Assembly (NCBI GenBank): GCA_047495785.1
Contig: JBLDXI010000010.1
Coordinates: 1,674,001-1,738,000, forward strand
Direction of reading: 5' to 3'
Origin: Lepidodermella squamata
Lineage: Eukaryota > Animalia > Gastrotricha
DNA length: 64,000 nt
Shown piece after piece: positions 1 to 13,653 of the stretch. Each line of letters begins with the position of its first letter. Position 1 is the stretch's first letter. The position numbers and the translations under genes are program-made. Under the pieces are notes generated by a model. It worked only from the letters and a program-made list of their open reading frames with translations. It made no database searches and was not told the origin of the DNA.

Positions 1-1182
1 ATTAAGAGCCGCAGTCCAGAATATCGAAAGTTCACATCCGTAAGATTGTTCATTAGTAAGCTGATTTAATGTTAACCTTTCTAGGATTTGCGTTTCGTTA
101 AGCTCTCATTTGGTCCATTTCTGACTGAGGACAAACTTTCCTGTGTAGCTGCGTTCAAAAGGGCCCTTTCTCCCTCTGAAGTTGCAAATTTCATATCGGA
201 AAGCAAACACTGTACGATGGAGCCTAAGGTCATTCAAAGACGTTATAAAGGACCTGAACCGGAACATCTTGTAGGATTCTGGCCTCTCGATGGGAACAGT
301 GGCTTATTCGAGGCAACAAGACCTGGGCGATTCAAGATCGCTGAAATCTTCGAATCAGCTCACTTTGATCCGAAAAGTGAAGGACCATTCGGAAAATATG
401 GTTCATCATTCAGCTCTACAAACGAGTCGTATTATCTCGTCGATTTGAAGATATCAAATGAATCATTCGATGTGAATCTTAAATCAAACTTCACAATCAC
501 TTGTTTCCTTTTTCTGTCTGAAAACTCAACTTCGAGGGATATAGTTAACTTCAATAGTGGTGGGCTGATTGTTAAGATGGAAGAGGAAAAGCTTGAAGCA
601 TCTTGGGTATTCCTTGCTAATGTGATCGATGGCTCGAACTCAACGTGGTATAAAGCGATTCCTGGAAAATATACTGATTTAATCGAGGTATCAAATGATT
701 CTCTGGATAGAAATCGAGATGAAGCTTTGACCAATATCAAGTTAGCAAGGCTTGAAAAAGGAGATTCGATTTCTTGCCTCTTAATATGGGATACAGCACT
801 AGATACCCTTCAATTGTCTCAGATTCCGAAGATATGCAAGAAGACCCGGAAAGAGTGGTGGCCGGAGAAAGAATTCGGCTCTGAAGAGGATGATGACGAA
901 GAAGAGAAAACTACGACGTCCACAACAACAACGGAAACTACAACAAAGTTCATTCAAGTTTACACTAGGGACAATATTGTGACCAAAGTGACTCGGCCAA
1001 CTACGAGGAAGACTACAACAACTGATCGTTTTACAACTATGCGATTCACGTGGAATCAAGAGACAGTGAGAGCCTCTTTCAAAACCAAATCCGTCACGAC
1101 CACGCGATGGATAATTCCGAATTTAGCAAGCAAAACTTCAATGCAATTGATTATTAGCCTTATTTCTATAATATCTTTGTGA
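1..1182 (+). CDS. 3' part of a LamG/pentraxin-like (ConA-fold) cell-surface protein with acidic and Thr-rich stalk and hydrophobic C-terminus (GPI-signal-like); gene starts upstream of the window
   Basis: GT-AG intron 40-84; LVGFWPLDG and FTITCF motifs typical of LamG-like domains; EEDDDEEE then poly-Thr; ends MQLIISLISIISL. Confidence 0.6.
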
Positions 1183-1254
1183 TCAGTAAATATAGGAATT
1201 TATTATCCGTATTTTCGTATTTTCGTCAATTCAACAACGTGGCAATGATTGTTT

Positions 1255-1752
1255 TTACATGCCCATGCATTGCTTTTGGCATTCATCCATCGACTCGAAT
1301 TTGTACTCGTCATACTGATCCCGGCTGCATCCAGAGTGTTCGACGTAGCAACCCCCGCCCACACTGTTGTAGAGCACAACGCCTGGGATCAGCATTTTGC
1401 ATGTGGCCCCACGAGCGAATGAGCACTTGTCAACGGGTTTCTTGAACGGAGCGCAGGACTGTTCGCATTCATCGAGGCTGGCGAAACTGTGCTCGGCGAC
1501 TTCATCGGGGTTGCAGCCGCTTGACTTGATGACGCAGCGGCGGGTGATTGAGTCGTAGATTGGGTGGTCGCCTAGGTAGATTTCGCACATGTCCTCGGGC
1601 GAATCAGCATAGCTGCACTTCTCCTCCACAGTCAAAGCAAGACCTTTTAGTGAATAGAATTACAAATTTCGCAGCTCTCATGTTGAAAAAGCTCACAGAC
1701 CATTTCCGACCAAACTAACCGCAGCAATTAAGACAAGAGTAATGACGCTCAT
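1255..1752 (-). CDS. Secreted protein with two divergent Kunitz-like domains
   Basis: Signal exon MSVITLVLIAA from 1752; two 6-Cys domains with YD-x5-C, GC and F-x-S-x3-C-x3-C motifs. Confidence 0.8.
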
Positions 1753-2182
1753 TTTGATTTCAAGTTTCGAAATAGCTAATCAAGCTCTTTATACGCACTT
1801 TTGCTGCTCCAGAAGGAAAGCTATATAGGCCGCAAGCTTTATCTACCCGTGGGAATGAGGATTCTGAATTCACACGCTACAGCCTGGAGAATTATAGAGC
1901 TAATTGGGCGATAAAAAACTAATTCCCTTTAGACTTTGGCCATAAATAGGTCACTCAGATTCCAATTTCTCGGCTACAGCTATACATAAATAAAGAAGAA
2001 AGAAATCCAATGTAAAACGTAAAACACATCATTTTATTAACATTCACAACAGCAAGATCAATCAAATGAATTTTTCTGGCAGAAGCTTGCTTAGAACGGT
2101 TGAGCTAGTTGGAGAGTTTCGGAATCGAAAAACTCAGATCTCAGATTACGTTGACAAAGTTATATCAGCGTTCATTTAAGGC

Positions 2183-3228
2183 CTAGTTAATGCTGCGTTG
2201 CACATCAATATTGCACTTGTCAGGGTTGTTTTTGAAAGGGCACCTTCTTCCGAGCTCCTTCCACGAAATGCACGACTTCTCGCAGTCTTCAATGCTGTCG
2301 AAACTGTTGGCGGCCAATGCGAATTCATTGCAGGCCGATGTCTTTGAAATGCATCGACCTTCATCAGCATCGAAGATGATGTGCTCGCCAACTTCTTGCT
2401 CCTCGCAGGTTTCCTCATAAGCGCTGGGTTGAAATTCGCACTTGTGGCTCTCCGAATCCTCTTCACCACCTTCATCATCTAGAAAATGGAATTGGTCAAA
2501 ACAAATGAGCTACAAATGTGATGCTCATTGCTCGACAAAGTAAGTAAAGCCATCTGAGGGAACTGAATATTATGACAAGAAAGAGCTAGCTTGGAATTCT
2601 CAATTTTGTAATTTTGTGGCAATGAAGAAGTAAGAAACCTGATTTTTTAAGGCAAGCAGCCTTGCAGTCTTCCATGCTGGGGAAGCCGTAGCTCTGCACG
2701 TGTTCCTTGTTGCACCCACTGCGTTGAATTCGACATCTACCCGTGGTTGAGTCGAAAACAGGAATTTCACCAAGGTAAGCCAAGCATGTTGTCCTAGGAT
2801 ATTTGTAACTGCACTTCTCCTTATTAGTCAATTGATTTTCTATAATTAATTCGAAAATTTCATAGGATTAGCAATTCTTCGACTGGATAATGGAGAAATT
2901 TACTTGATTTATTGAGACAAGCAGCCTCGCAGTCTTCGATGCTCGGGAAGCCGTAGCTTTCAACGTGAGCTTTATTGCAGCCGCCGGTCTGTATTCGACA
3001 TTTGCCAGTCGTCGAGTCGAAAACTGGGATTCTACCAATATACTTCTTGCACATTTTCGTCGGATACTGGTAGCTGCATTTCTCTTTCGTGGTCAAACAT
3101 AGAGCTGAAAAACAAGAAAAACAGTCAGTTTAACACGAATTCGGAGCATTAATGTGATTTCGATATTTCTCTAAAAAACGAAACTAACCGGTTACCGAAA
3201 GTGAAACCAGTAAAATGTATCTTAGCAT
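2183..3228 (-). CDS. Secreted protein with three Kunitz-like domains (one per exon) plus a truncated fourth
   Basis: Signal MLRYILLVSLSVT/ALCL; domain exons about 3104-2904, 2839-2638 and 2478-2183; last exon reads HKCEFQPSAYEETC...GRCISKTSAC...FDSIEDCEKSC in a frame not shown in the ORF track. Confidence 0.8.
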
Positions 3229-3637
3229 TGCTAGGGCGCGGTTTTTGGGAATCATCAAAAGAAATGGTCAAAGATTAAAATGAACAGAAATTTGAACTGC
3301 GTTGCCTTCGCACCATGTTGGAAAGATTTGCTTACTTCGTACTCGTAAGTCATTACCTTAACACTCAACATGTGTTTTTCCACCGTGAAACATCCTGAAT
3401 AAACACATAGCTGAATACTGTACTTCATGGTCCTAACATGAGCAAAAGAATGATTTATAGGGTGTAGAGTGACATTTTGATGTTAGGCGAATTGATTGCT
3501 CTGGTTTTGAATCTCAGAGCACGGCGTTATTTAAAAATCGATCCTCAGTTCCCAAGAGAAAATAGCAAATATTTTTTTAACGATTCCAAAAATTTACCCT
3601 TTAAGATTCGCAAAGGAAGAGGGTTAACTACATTCAG

Positions 3638-5318
3638 CTAATCAATAGAAGGCGGTCCATTGATCATCTTCAACAGGTAATAAGCATCGACGGATACCAA
3701 AACCGTAATTGTCAACATGAACATGCCCATATCCAGAACTCGCACGTTGCTAATTTTCACCGAACGGCACCACCAATGCTTCCGCTTGCCCCATTTTGTG
3801 TTCGCGGCAAGGCTAGCAATCATCATGTAGATTGTGATCAGCACGCACAGGACCATTTTAAATTCGATGATAACAATGAGGTAGATCGTCTCGGATGTTC
3901 GTGGCACTTGAGCGAAAACCATGGAAAGAAGCACTGCGAATGACAAATCGACTGTTACGCAATAGATAGGCCGGTCTGATTTCTCCGGCATAGGATGCAT
4001 TAGGAATGAAGAGATTTGCAGCAGAGTTGTAACAATCAATGGCAGGAAGATATTTCCGACAAAGTAGTGATACCGGCGTTTGAAAGCGATTGTAAGTCTC
4101 ACGACACAAGTTTCGTATTCATTAGTTTCATGGTCATGGGTGTGATAATCCAAGGACCAAATGTCCGAATCTCCTAGAATCCTTTCCTGAGCGAAAAAAT
4201 GAACCTCGGTGATATTGACCTGCATCGACGGTTCTTTGGCTTCAAGATCGATATTACAAGTGAGTCGATCGAATGGGAAGTAGGCCAATTGAAAGCCCCC
4301 GCAGTTCGTTTCGACAATTTGGTTGTTTGATATCGTTGCTTCAACGCTGGCCCTTCTCGGGATTACATAGGCGATTTGAGCTCCACCTTCCGATATCCAG
4401 CTTTGATGCCGTACTGCATTGAGGTGTTTGAATTTAGGGTACCAGGACATTTGAGGAGTGCTAAGGACTACGGAAACGGCTCGCGGTACGCCGAACTGGC
4501 TGACGGATGTTTCGCTTGGGGCTTGGCAGCCGAGAATAGGCATTTTCCATCGAATATAGTTCTGAGTGAATATTGCGAGGCTGGAAAAAAGAGAAAAAAA
4601 TATTCAGTCAAGAAAGAAAAATTGACCAATGAAAATCGAAAATCTGCAAATTAACTACCCTGAGTGCCTTCCCCAAAGTTCAAGTTACTAAAAAAACACC
4701 CAGAGATAGTCGAGTTTGCAGTATTTCGATAACATTCGATGAAAGAGAAGCATAGAGATTTCAGTGCTTAGTTCATTCATTTCAAACCGGAAAATCCGAG
4801 TCAACGCATGCAAAAAAACAAGTCATATCTCTGGGCTAAAAATTAACCTTACTCCTGAGGCAGAACCGCTTTTTTAGGATAATTTAGGAATTTTAAAAAT
4901 GAGAGTAAACAAAATGGGAATAATGAGTAATTGTTTACCTTTGGGATAAATCGTTAATCTCAGCGACGCGGTAGAGTTCAATTTCGACAGTCACGTTGAT
5001 AGGAAGGCCCTTCTGCTCACCTCGCATGAAGATCTCAAGCGGTAAATTCCTCGCCCTAGCTAACGGGCAAGATTCTGTGAAGAAGAGCTGCTCAACCTCA
5101 TCTGTTATCAACCCATTCAGCGGCCGTTTCGATGACGATTTAGTTGTCGAATGCGCCGGGCGCAAGGTGTGAGCCATTGACGTAGTCTTGTGGAACGAAA
5201 TCGGGCTCGCATAGACTGTATGCAGTGATCGTTTCAGCAAACCGTTGGACTTTGAATGGACGGGCGTTGAGTCGAACAGCAGAAGACAAGCGATTTTAAG
5301 CAGAAATGCACCGGCCAT
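3638..5318 (-). CDS. Divergent Cys-loop ligand-gated ion channel subunit (pLGIC-1), 2 exons
   Basis: Signal peptide; intron about 4581-4938; Cys-loop NCGGFQLAYFPFDRLTC; FKRR pre-M1; four TM helices; short M3-M4 loop. Confidence 0.88.
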
Positions 5319-7046
5319 GGTCGCAGAAACTAAAGGAAAAGCAATACAGCGATAGATACGCCCGTGATATTTTTATCAAATATTGATAATGCGATGAGAC
5401 GCGCGATATATAACTTATTCGGGCCAGAATGATGATTGCATTATGATATGTGTTTTTGTAGGTCCTAAGAGATCACGCGAATGATTTTTTTACACTGAGT
5501 GCGAGTATCGCCTATTCCCCGGCAAGTTGGCCTAACATTGTTTGTCCAATTAGGCCTAAATATAGACATAACGTTTGCTGGCGGTAAGAAAACTCAGCTA
5601 ATGAAATGAGAATGTGGGGACATTTTTTCTAGTTGGCAATGCTAATGCTTATCAAAGATCAAGAAAGCATCCCTATAAGATGATCTGAAGTGATGAGCTG
5701 AAGTTGAGGTTGTCCATTTTTTTACCGTACAAGCAATTGACCGGCATGCTTTCGCCCTCAAACCGAAAGCGGTATAGAGACTTACAAGGCCCGAAGAGTA
5801 AAAAAATATCATTAAATATAATTTACCGACTGTTAAGCACATTAATGATCAGTGATCGATTTAGGAGAGATAGATATCTCAGGGGGATTCGTTCAGCGTG
5901 AATTTTCATAGCTCCGATGCAGTCTAAATTTTCAAAAACATGTCTACGGTTTTAGTGAGTGCTCATTTAAACTAGTAAAAAATTCCACCAGAGACAATAA
6001 AAGTCGTTATATTTCGGTAAAAGTAAACAACTTGATGGCTTTTTATCTGTCTGGAAAATAACTGCGTTTAATCACGTGGATTTCCGGCCGCGTCAAATGA
6101 ACCGGCATGCTGTCAAAATGATGTGTCACCAAAAGCGAAAGCTACGAATGTTAGATAAGAAGCAATCGATATAATTATTCGCTTTTTGCACTTTATCAAT
6201 CGAAGTGTAAAAGGGCTTTAAGAGTTCTCGAAAAAAAATCCGCGAAAATGTATACTCTTTTCTCAACTTATGGATCTCCAGGATATTATAATATCTAAAC
6301 GGGCCAATACATTTGTCGGGGACAGGGGACAGAATGGGCGAAATGAGGTCAAAATCCTGGACAAACGAGACATGGCTCAGAACATACGATTATTGGAAGA
6401 AAGTTATGCGTTTTGAAATAGGCTAATAAATAATGCATTAGGAAAAAACCGGCATTTTCGGTGCCCTATAGGGCCTATCTATTTTCGTTTCACGCTCCAA
6501 GTATCTTAGTATACGTCTTCTATACAGCATTCGACAATATGTAGTTCATCTGCATCGCACTTGAATGTTGACCTCGATCGCGTCACTGCCCGGGGAAGAA
6601 ATCGATATTTTAGACTTTGAGGAACTTGCAGGTTGAAAAATATGAATTTCATCAGGGCTGAACATTTTAGTATTAAATTATTGCAAACTCGCAATGTGCT
6701 TACTCATAGAAACTAAACAAATGTTTCTCGAGTCCTCAATTATGCAAAAATTTTCTTTCCTAGTTGACAGCACAGTTCTGGTAATAGGTTTACTGGCGAA
6801 ATGAAAAAGCAGCCTTAACCTCAATTGAGACATTCGACGATGGACAATCAGCAGTTTACGGACAACATCTAATTCTGAGTGGCCAGGGAAAGAATACTCT
6901 CGAGACATCTTCGAAACACCGGTTATAGAATAAATTCTGCGAAAATTGGAAATGCCTAACGAGCAATAAAAAATAGATTACAGGGCCTTGTCATTATTCT
7001 GAACATCTCGAAAGTCACAATTTACTTCTATTCATTTGCTGTTTTG

Positions 7047-7211
7047 CAGGGTGCGAAGTACAGGGGTGCTGGGGTGTCGCAACACCCCAGCTCCGGGACT
7101 CCAACCCGAAGTGGGCTGAAAAAGCCACAAGTGGGACCCTTTGGTTTCGTCGGCTGGGTGCCGAAGACACCGAGAAAACACCTCAGTTCCCGCATCCTAC
7201 TTCGCACACTG
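7047..7211 (+). mobile_element. hAT-type MITE, 165 bp
   Basis: TIRs CAGGGTGCGAAGTA / TACTTCGCACACTG; 8-bp TSD CTGTTTTG on both sides; second copy at 43678-43844. Confidence 0.9.
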
Positions 7212-7230
7212 CTGTTTTGTCTTGCATTAA

Positions 7231-8090
7231 ATGCCTTTGATGGATGATCCTATTATAATCTGGCGAGAATTGGACGAGCACTACAAGCCTAGCCGAGCCT
7301 ATTTTGAGGAAAAAACTGCGCCTGAGGAAACTCGGCCGAATGATGCATACTTTCTCTTCAGGAGAATGATTGGAGCCCAGGTGATTTTCAAATGGCTAGC
7401 GACTAGCGACTTGGACTAACATCTACGCCTCTAATCAACAATTCGCCCTTGCCCCCGAGGCAGCCGTGAGTATACTTTTTGATTGATAAGTAGTCAGCAT
7501 AGACGTTTTCCGAAGCATTGGCTGGCAAAGATATCCCAATTCGGTTTATTAGTTATGCCATCTGCCAAGAATAAGAACTTAAATTTCGCCTTCTTGTCAT
7601 TTTAATACCAATTAGTATTTACCGAGTATTTACGTTGAAATAAAAATAAAAAAATAAAAAAAACAGGTCGTAGAAGTTGGCGTCCAACTAATCAAAGGGA
7701 GATCAGGCTTTGGTTTGGCATATGGCTACTCATGAGCACGGAAAAGTTTCCAACCATTGCCAGTTATTGGCCCAGGAGCCGCGGTTCAAGGCCCGGATGG
7801 CCGAAACAGGTTCCAACTTTTGTGCACTGCGATTTGCATCGCTCAGCATCAGCTAGCCACCGATAATTTAGCCGAAATTCGACCGATACTTGATCGGCTT
7901 CAGATGAACTTCCGCCGTCAAGGAAATCCGCCAAAATGCATGGTTATCGACGAATCTATGATGACCTTTCGAGGTCGGCTGTCGTTCAGGCAATACATCA
8001 ATTCCAAAAGTCACCCCATCAACATTTTCGAGCTGAGCAAGTCTCGGCGTTGGGTCCGAAAGCTTGCAGTTCATTTCCTCGTGAGCTGAG
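7231..8090 (+). pseudogene. piggyBac (PGBD4-like) transposase remnant, with an apparent intron
   Basis: WRPTNQREIRLWFGI, RNRFQ and VIDESMMTFRGRLSFRQYINSK motifs; frameshifted and 3'-truncated; GT-AG segment about 7465-7666. Confidence 0.8.
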
Positions 8091-8479
8091 CTTCCGGGTC
8101 CACAAACCAAGTCTGAAATCTGGGTTTAATAATTAGGAGGTCTATTTCTAAGACTTGAGGTCACTTTTAGGCACCTAAACTGCCAAGAATCAACAGCAAT
8201 AAAAGAAGTCGGTAAAAAGTAGGTCACTGCTACTGATGCGCAATTTGGAACTGGCGCCTAGTTTTTTGCCAGATAGAGCCAGCTTTATCCGTTAAAGTCG
8301 ACTTTAGCTAATGACGACTTCGAAAATAACCCAATTGAAATTAATAATAAGATTCAGCAATAAATAGTTCAGCTCAATTACAGTTACGAGCTAACTACCA
8401 TGCCATTGCACAAGGCCAACGCTACCAGCTTGGCCGGGCACATGCCAATAGGCCTAGGCCACTGCCTCTTACGTGCTTG

Positions 8480-8900
8480 AGTAAAAAATCCATATCCCTA
8501 TGAAAATTCCTGATGTTTCAGGATAATATCAGAAATATGCGGATTATTTGACGATTTATGACGCCGCATGACAACCATTACCTGCTGTCATCGGTGGACA
8601 GCGATGGAAATTCGTCCATTTCACGATCCACGAAGCGTTCGTGTGTGTCTGCTTGGTTCGAGGATTTCAAACCTCGATCGCAGCTGAGGTGTGCCCCGGC
8701 GTGCCACGATGACCTTATATAAATAAGTCATGATACCCACAAATCGGCGCTTTTTCAGTGGCTGTAAGTCGACGCCTGTCGCTTTGCAGAAGCGGTCTTG
8801 GACAGCCTCCAACCGGTCGAGTACCGATAAAGATGCGTGAGCCACACGTGAGCCTTCAGGCCACTATTCCGGCAAATGGCTGCTCCTTGGCATGTAAGGC
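8480..8900 (-). mobile_element. 3' remnant of a non-LTR retrotransposon (LINE ORF2 C-terminus)
   Basis: LDRLEAVQDRFCK...LQPLKKRR...YLYK resembles the post-RT region of CR1/L2-like ORF2. Confidence 0.6.
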
Positions 8901-9279
8901 TAGCCTTCAGGCTGATATCTATTGTGTTAAAAATCATGTTGTGTTAACAACCATTTATCAGTTTTATTATAGACCTGAGATTTTTTCAGGGATGCTAGAA
9001 ACACTCTAGTCGCTATCGGACTACTTTCGACTTCAGCATTGATGAAGAGTATAGCGGTAGTCGAGGAAGATTTAAAATGCGGCAGAACACTGCTCGCAGT
9101 ATGAAAGTAAAAACTCTAGGAGTACCAAAGCGGCGGGGACTTAGACGACGTCGTCTCCCGACTAAGAATTCAAAAATCGCTCATTAAAATGTCGGGTAAG
9201 TTTGCAGTGTAATGGCTGAAAATATACTTCATATCCCTAAGGCATCATGTTTAATGCATACCTCCAGGTAAAAAAGCGA

Positions 9280-9556
9280 AACCTCTTGCGAAACAGACGA
9301 TTTATTCGAGAAAGAAAACCATGCGACTTAGTTTTCCAATGGGATGGGAATTAAAGATCTTGCGAGTCTCGTTTTTACGCTCTATAGGTAACCATGATTC
9401 GCAGTTGACTAAATCATACGGTATTTTTCCATTGATGTCTTTAATTCTAACCGAAGCGCCACATCTGTCTACCAGCAACTGCACGACTGAAGCGCAACAA
9501 AACTCTGCAGCCAAATGCAAAGGCGTCCGGCCGTTTTTATCACCAGCTTTCGCATG
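9280..9556 (-). pseudogene. Orphan last ankyrin repeat and 3' end of a paralog of the kinase-ankyrin gene at 21722-24611
   Basis: AGDKNGRTPLHLAAEFCCASVVQLLVDRCGASVRIKD aligns with 21670-21940, including downstream flank. Confidence 0.85.
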
Positions 9557-11265
9557 AAACTCTTCAAAATAGCAGAGCATAGACTTGAGCACCGGTTCAT
9601 AAGTGTACCACAATTTTGCGTGAAGCTTAGATCCTTATCAACAACAACGCCTAGGTCTTTAGTAGACTGTACAACGCGAATAGGTATCTTATTTATAGTA
9701 TAGTCTGTCGAGATTTCATCGCTTGCTCCGATTCTCATTACACAACATTTTTCACAATTTATATCGAGACCATTTTCATTAAAACAAGAAATGACGTTGT
9801 CGAGATCTTTTTGCAAAACACATTTGTCTTCATTTTTCACAATCGGTCTGAACACTTTGTTGTCATCAGCGAAAAAAAATAAGGGAGACTCGACTTTTGT
9901 GTCGATATCGATAGCTATAAGAAATATAATAAAAAGAAGCGGTCCAAGAACTGAGCCCTGAGGCACACCTGAGTTCACATTTCTCCAACCTGACATACTG
10001 TTACCTATTTTAGTTCGGAACTTGCGGTCTAAGAGGTACGACTTTAGCCACGCGAGTAAGTTTCCGCATATGTTGAAGCTCTTAAGAGCACTTATTAGCT
10101 TGAAAATAGGAACAGAGTCGAAGGCTTTCGCCAAATCAAGGTAAATTATGTCTACGGGTATATTATTGTCTCGGTAGAACGTGAATTTATTGAGACAGAT
10201 TAAGAGCAATAGTTCAACATTTCGCTTTTCCAGGAAGCCGAACTGGTTAGGCGGTATCACATTATTTTTTTTCAGATACTCAGTAAGAATATTTTTTATA
10301 ATTTTTTCTTGCAATTTGCAGATGTTACTGGTAAGACTGATAGGCCGGTAATTTTTAGCTTCCAGCCGAGATCCGCTTTTCTTGTAGATAGGAATAATAT
10401 CTGCCACCTTCCAAACGTCAGGTAGCTGACCTGAGAGCATAGAAGAGTTGAAGATGATAGAAAGAGATACAGAGAGAGAAGTAGCGAGATTTTTAAGTAA
10501 AAATTGAGGCAGATTGTCAGGGCCACCTCCAAATTTTGGCTTCAAGTTGGAGAGATACAGAGATACAGTATATTCGTCGAACTGAATGTGTTGTAGGCAG
10601 TCATTTGTAATCTTGTTATTATAACTGGCCCCCTCCGTAGATAAAGGCCTAAAATTCGCAGAGAAAGTGTCGGCAAAAAGCTCAGCCTTGTCTAAATCGC
10701 TAACGACAATTTTTTCTTTCGATTTCATCGCTGAGGGCACAGACGATTTGTTTTCTTTCAAGAAATTTGATACAAATTCAAAGATTTTTTTCGCTGAACC
10801 ATTTTCCAGAAGATCGTTTTCCATTTGATACTGAAATGTTAGCATTTCTTTTTTGAAAGAACTTTCCGCCGCTTTGAACTTGTTTCGCGCATCGGCATCA
10901 TTTAGCTTGTTTTTCAGATATTTGCGATACGCTCGCTTCCTTTTATTTTCTAACGAGCTCGCTTTATTTTTGGATTTGCGGCGCCTTCTGGAATTCAAAT
11001 TTAAATTCCTGCGCGGAGAAAATTGAATAATTCCTCTATACATGATATCCAAAAACGCTGAGTAATTTTCGTCTACGCTAGTAGATTTCAGAATTTCCTG
11101 CCAGTCATACTTTTGAAGATATTCTGAAAAAGCAAAGAAGTTAGTGTTTCTGATATCAAAAACGCCATTGATGTCGTTTGAGACGGAGGGCGGTTTGTTT
11201 ACAATGTTTAGATTTATAATCATTCCCTGAGCGACAATTTCGGGCCTTTTAACTGCCTCAATCAA
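9557..11265 (-). mobile_element. LINE (CR1/Jockey-like) reverse transcriptase ORF2, lacking the endonuclease and the 3' end
   Basis: NYRPISLTS, QFGF, YLDLAKAFDSV, GVPQGSVLGP, FADD and KDLGV motifs in one open frame. Confidence 0.92.
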
Positions 11266-12870
11266 AAAAACTAAATATGCAAATTAGGGAGAGTTTGTCT
11301 GTGGACAGTATTCTGTCAAAAGTCTAGTTTTTTGCCGAGCTGGACAGTTTTTTGGAGTGGTTTTCCGCGGTGAGAGTTATTTTGGTGAGAGATGGTTTCT
11401 ACTGCGCTGTCACTTGCTCATCGCTAATAGAACTTTCACTTGGGGCCATTTGTACTTCACATTCACTATTAACAATGCGGCTTTCACTCTCTGCTTTAAA
11501 AAAGACAGTTTTACCCTTTTTCCTTTTTCCGTCGCCCTGAGCAGCAAGTGCACGTTTTTTGCGAAATACTGCCAAGTTCCAGTGGGAATTGCAAGAAACT
11601 GCCTGAAAACGCCGTTTACTGCCATTTTTCATCTTTTTTTCAAAACTTACTGCAGTTTTTGGAAAAAACTGAAAGTTAAAAGCTGGAAACCGCAATAACT
11701 TCGCGAAGTTGACAGTTTTTCATGAAACTTGGGAAATTCGGCATTTTGCGACTCGAGACCCGAAGTTAACTGCCAGGTGAAATATTTCTTCGTCGCCGTT
11801 AAAAAACTTCGATTTTTCTATATTTTCACTGCGAAATGAGAAGTAGTGAAAGAAAGTGAGCGAAATTCGATGCCTCAACCTTTAGTTTTTTGCCGAAAAT
11901 TCCCTGGCTCGAAAACTGCCTTCTATCAATCTGTTTTTATTTATCATGAAATTTCTCGTTTTTATAGATTTCTCTTAATTTTTCCTAATTATTTACCTGG
12001 ATCCTAAAAATTACCGAATTTTTATCGTTTTCAGCCTGAACCATTTAAAATATGAGAAATAAAGCAAAATTCGATAATTTGGATTTTTCTTAAAAGCCTA
12101 ATTTTTATATGACTGAAAATTGTCGTCTTAAATAAAAGCTGAAATAGGGCAAAATCATTGTTATTGGGGCGCTCGATTGTTGTGCACACAGGCCTCGGGG
12201 TGTTGCGTAATCACGCCATGCTTCAAAAATGTGGCTTTTTGGTTCCTTCAAATCATCATATTTTTGTTTTCAATTTCAATACATCCATCCCTATGTCCTA
12301 TTTAGTAAGAATTTTTCGTCCGGCCTCAATTTCGCATTCTGAGCTTCATCCTTGCCTTGCTAACAGGTGTGTCGACCATGCAATTTGGACAAGTCAGATA
12401 TTTATCGAATTTTCAAGGTAATTTTGAAATTAATTCCGTTTTCTTTAATTTACCCGCAACTTTTGAAGGTTTGTCCTGCGAATTGATTTTGCAGTCGAAC
12501 CAGTCTTAACGGGCCGGTCAGCAATTCGTAACGGTATCGATGAATAATTAACAAGGTATTTTAGTGTTCAATTTAGTGTTCATTTTAGTGTTCATTCATC
12601 TTTTCAATTGCAATTGCGGAAAATTCAAAACAGTTTGCAGGCACGTGGTTTATGTGTGACGGTTGTTTATCTGAAAATTTAAATTTAAATCACGTGCTCA
12701 CGCCACCATTTCGTGTCATGTTTTGAGGCCAGAGACAACTCTTTCATGAACTTTCGAGAAAAGAAGAACGAAAAATGCTCTCAATATTCATCTCATGAAA
12801 AAAATTTATTTCCGAAATTTCTACAAAATTTTTGTTCAAAAAAATTATTCTCAATCGTCTGCATAACAGG

Positions 12871-13535
12871 TATTACTATCAGGACGAGTTCGGGGTCTGC
12901 CTTTGGACTCGTCGATCTTGTGGCCGAGCTCGTCGTGGTCAGCGGGCTGTTGTGCAAAATCCGATGTCCCATGGTGGCAAAAATGTGTCTGTTTCGGTCG
13001 TCGTTTCGAGGCATGAGGGGTTGGTCTATTATCGATTGTACGATGAAGGTATGAAAAACAACATGTTTCGTGAGTTTATGCTCCAGGTATGAGCGGAAAA
13101 ATTCATCAAATTGACGATTTTTCTGAAAAATTTGATTTATAGGCGTCAGCAGTGGTTGGCGTTAATAACCCGGCGACTTTCATCATCGACAATTGCCGCT
13201 CTCACAATGGCGCCGTCGGTGAACTGCCGCAAGGCCATACCATACACTTTTTACCGCCGTACTCACCATTTCTAAACCCAATAGAAAATGTTTTCTCTGC
13301 TGTCAAGTCTGGCATCAAAAGAGAAATTGCGGCGAGACGTGTCGAGCTGTTTGAGCTTCTAGCCGCTGCCCGAGAACTTGGTCAACCGATGACGCCAATT
13401 TGTCGAAACTTTCTGCACGAAATTGTCGAGCGTAATCTTCGATCGATCGTTACTCCGGCATTGGTGCGAGCCTGTGACGATCATGTACTGAATTATCTTC
13501 CAGCTTGTGCTGCTGGGCAACCGATTATTTATTAA
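12871..13535 (+). mobile_element. IS630/Tc1-family DDE transposase catalytic region, intron-containing; N-terminal DNA-binding part not found
   Basis: YQDEFG...GKNVSV; intron 13087-13143; IIDNCRSH...FLPPYSPFLNPIENVFS. Confidence 0.85.
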
Positions 13536-13653
13536 GAAATTTTTGCAGGAAAAATTGAAGAACCGAAAAAAGATGAATGAAATAAAAGAAACGTTTAATC
13601 GCGTGCTTCGCTTTATTTACGCTAATTCAAAAATTACGAATAAAAATCAGTGT

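Noticed and set aside
2176-2478. 100-aa ORF MMKVVKR in the ORF track
   Set aside because: Wrong frame; the phase-1 frame encodes the third Kunitz domain
11270-11950. ORFs and recurring ACAGTTTTT / AACTGCC motifs
   Set aside because: No protein signal and no definable TIR or TSD; probably decayed repeat
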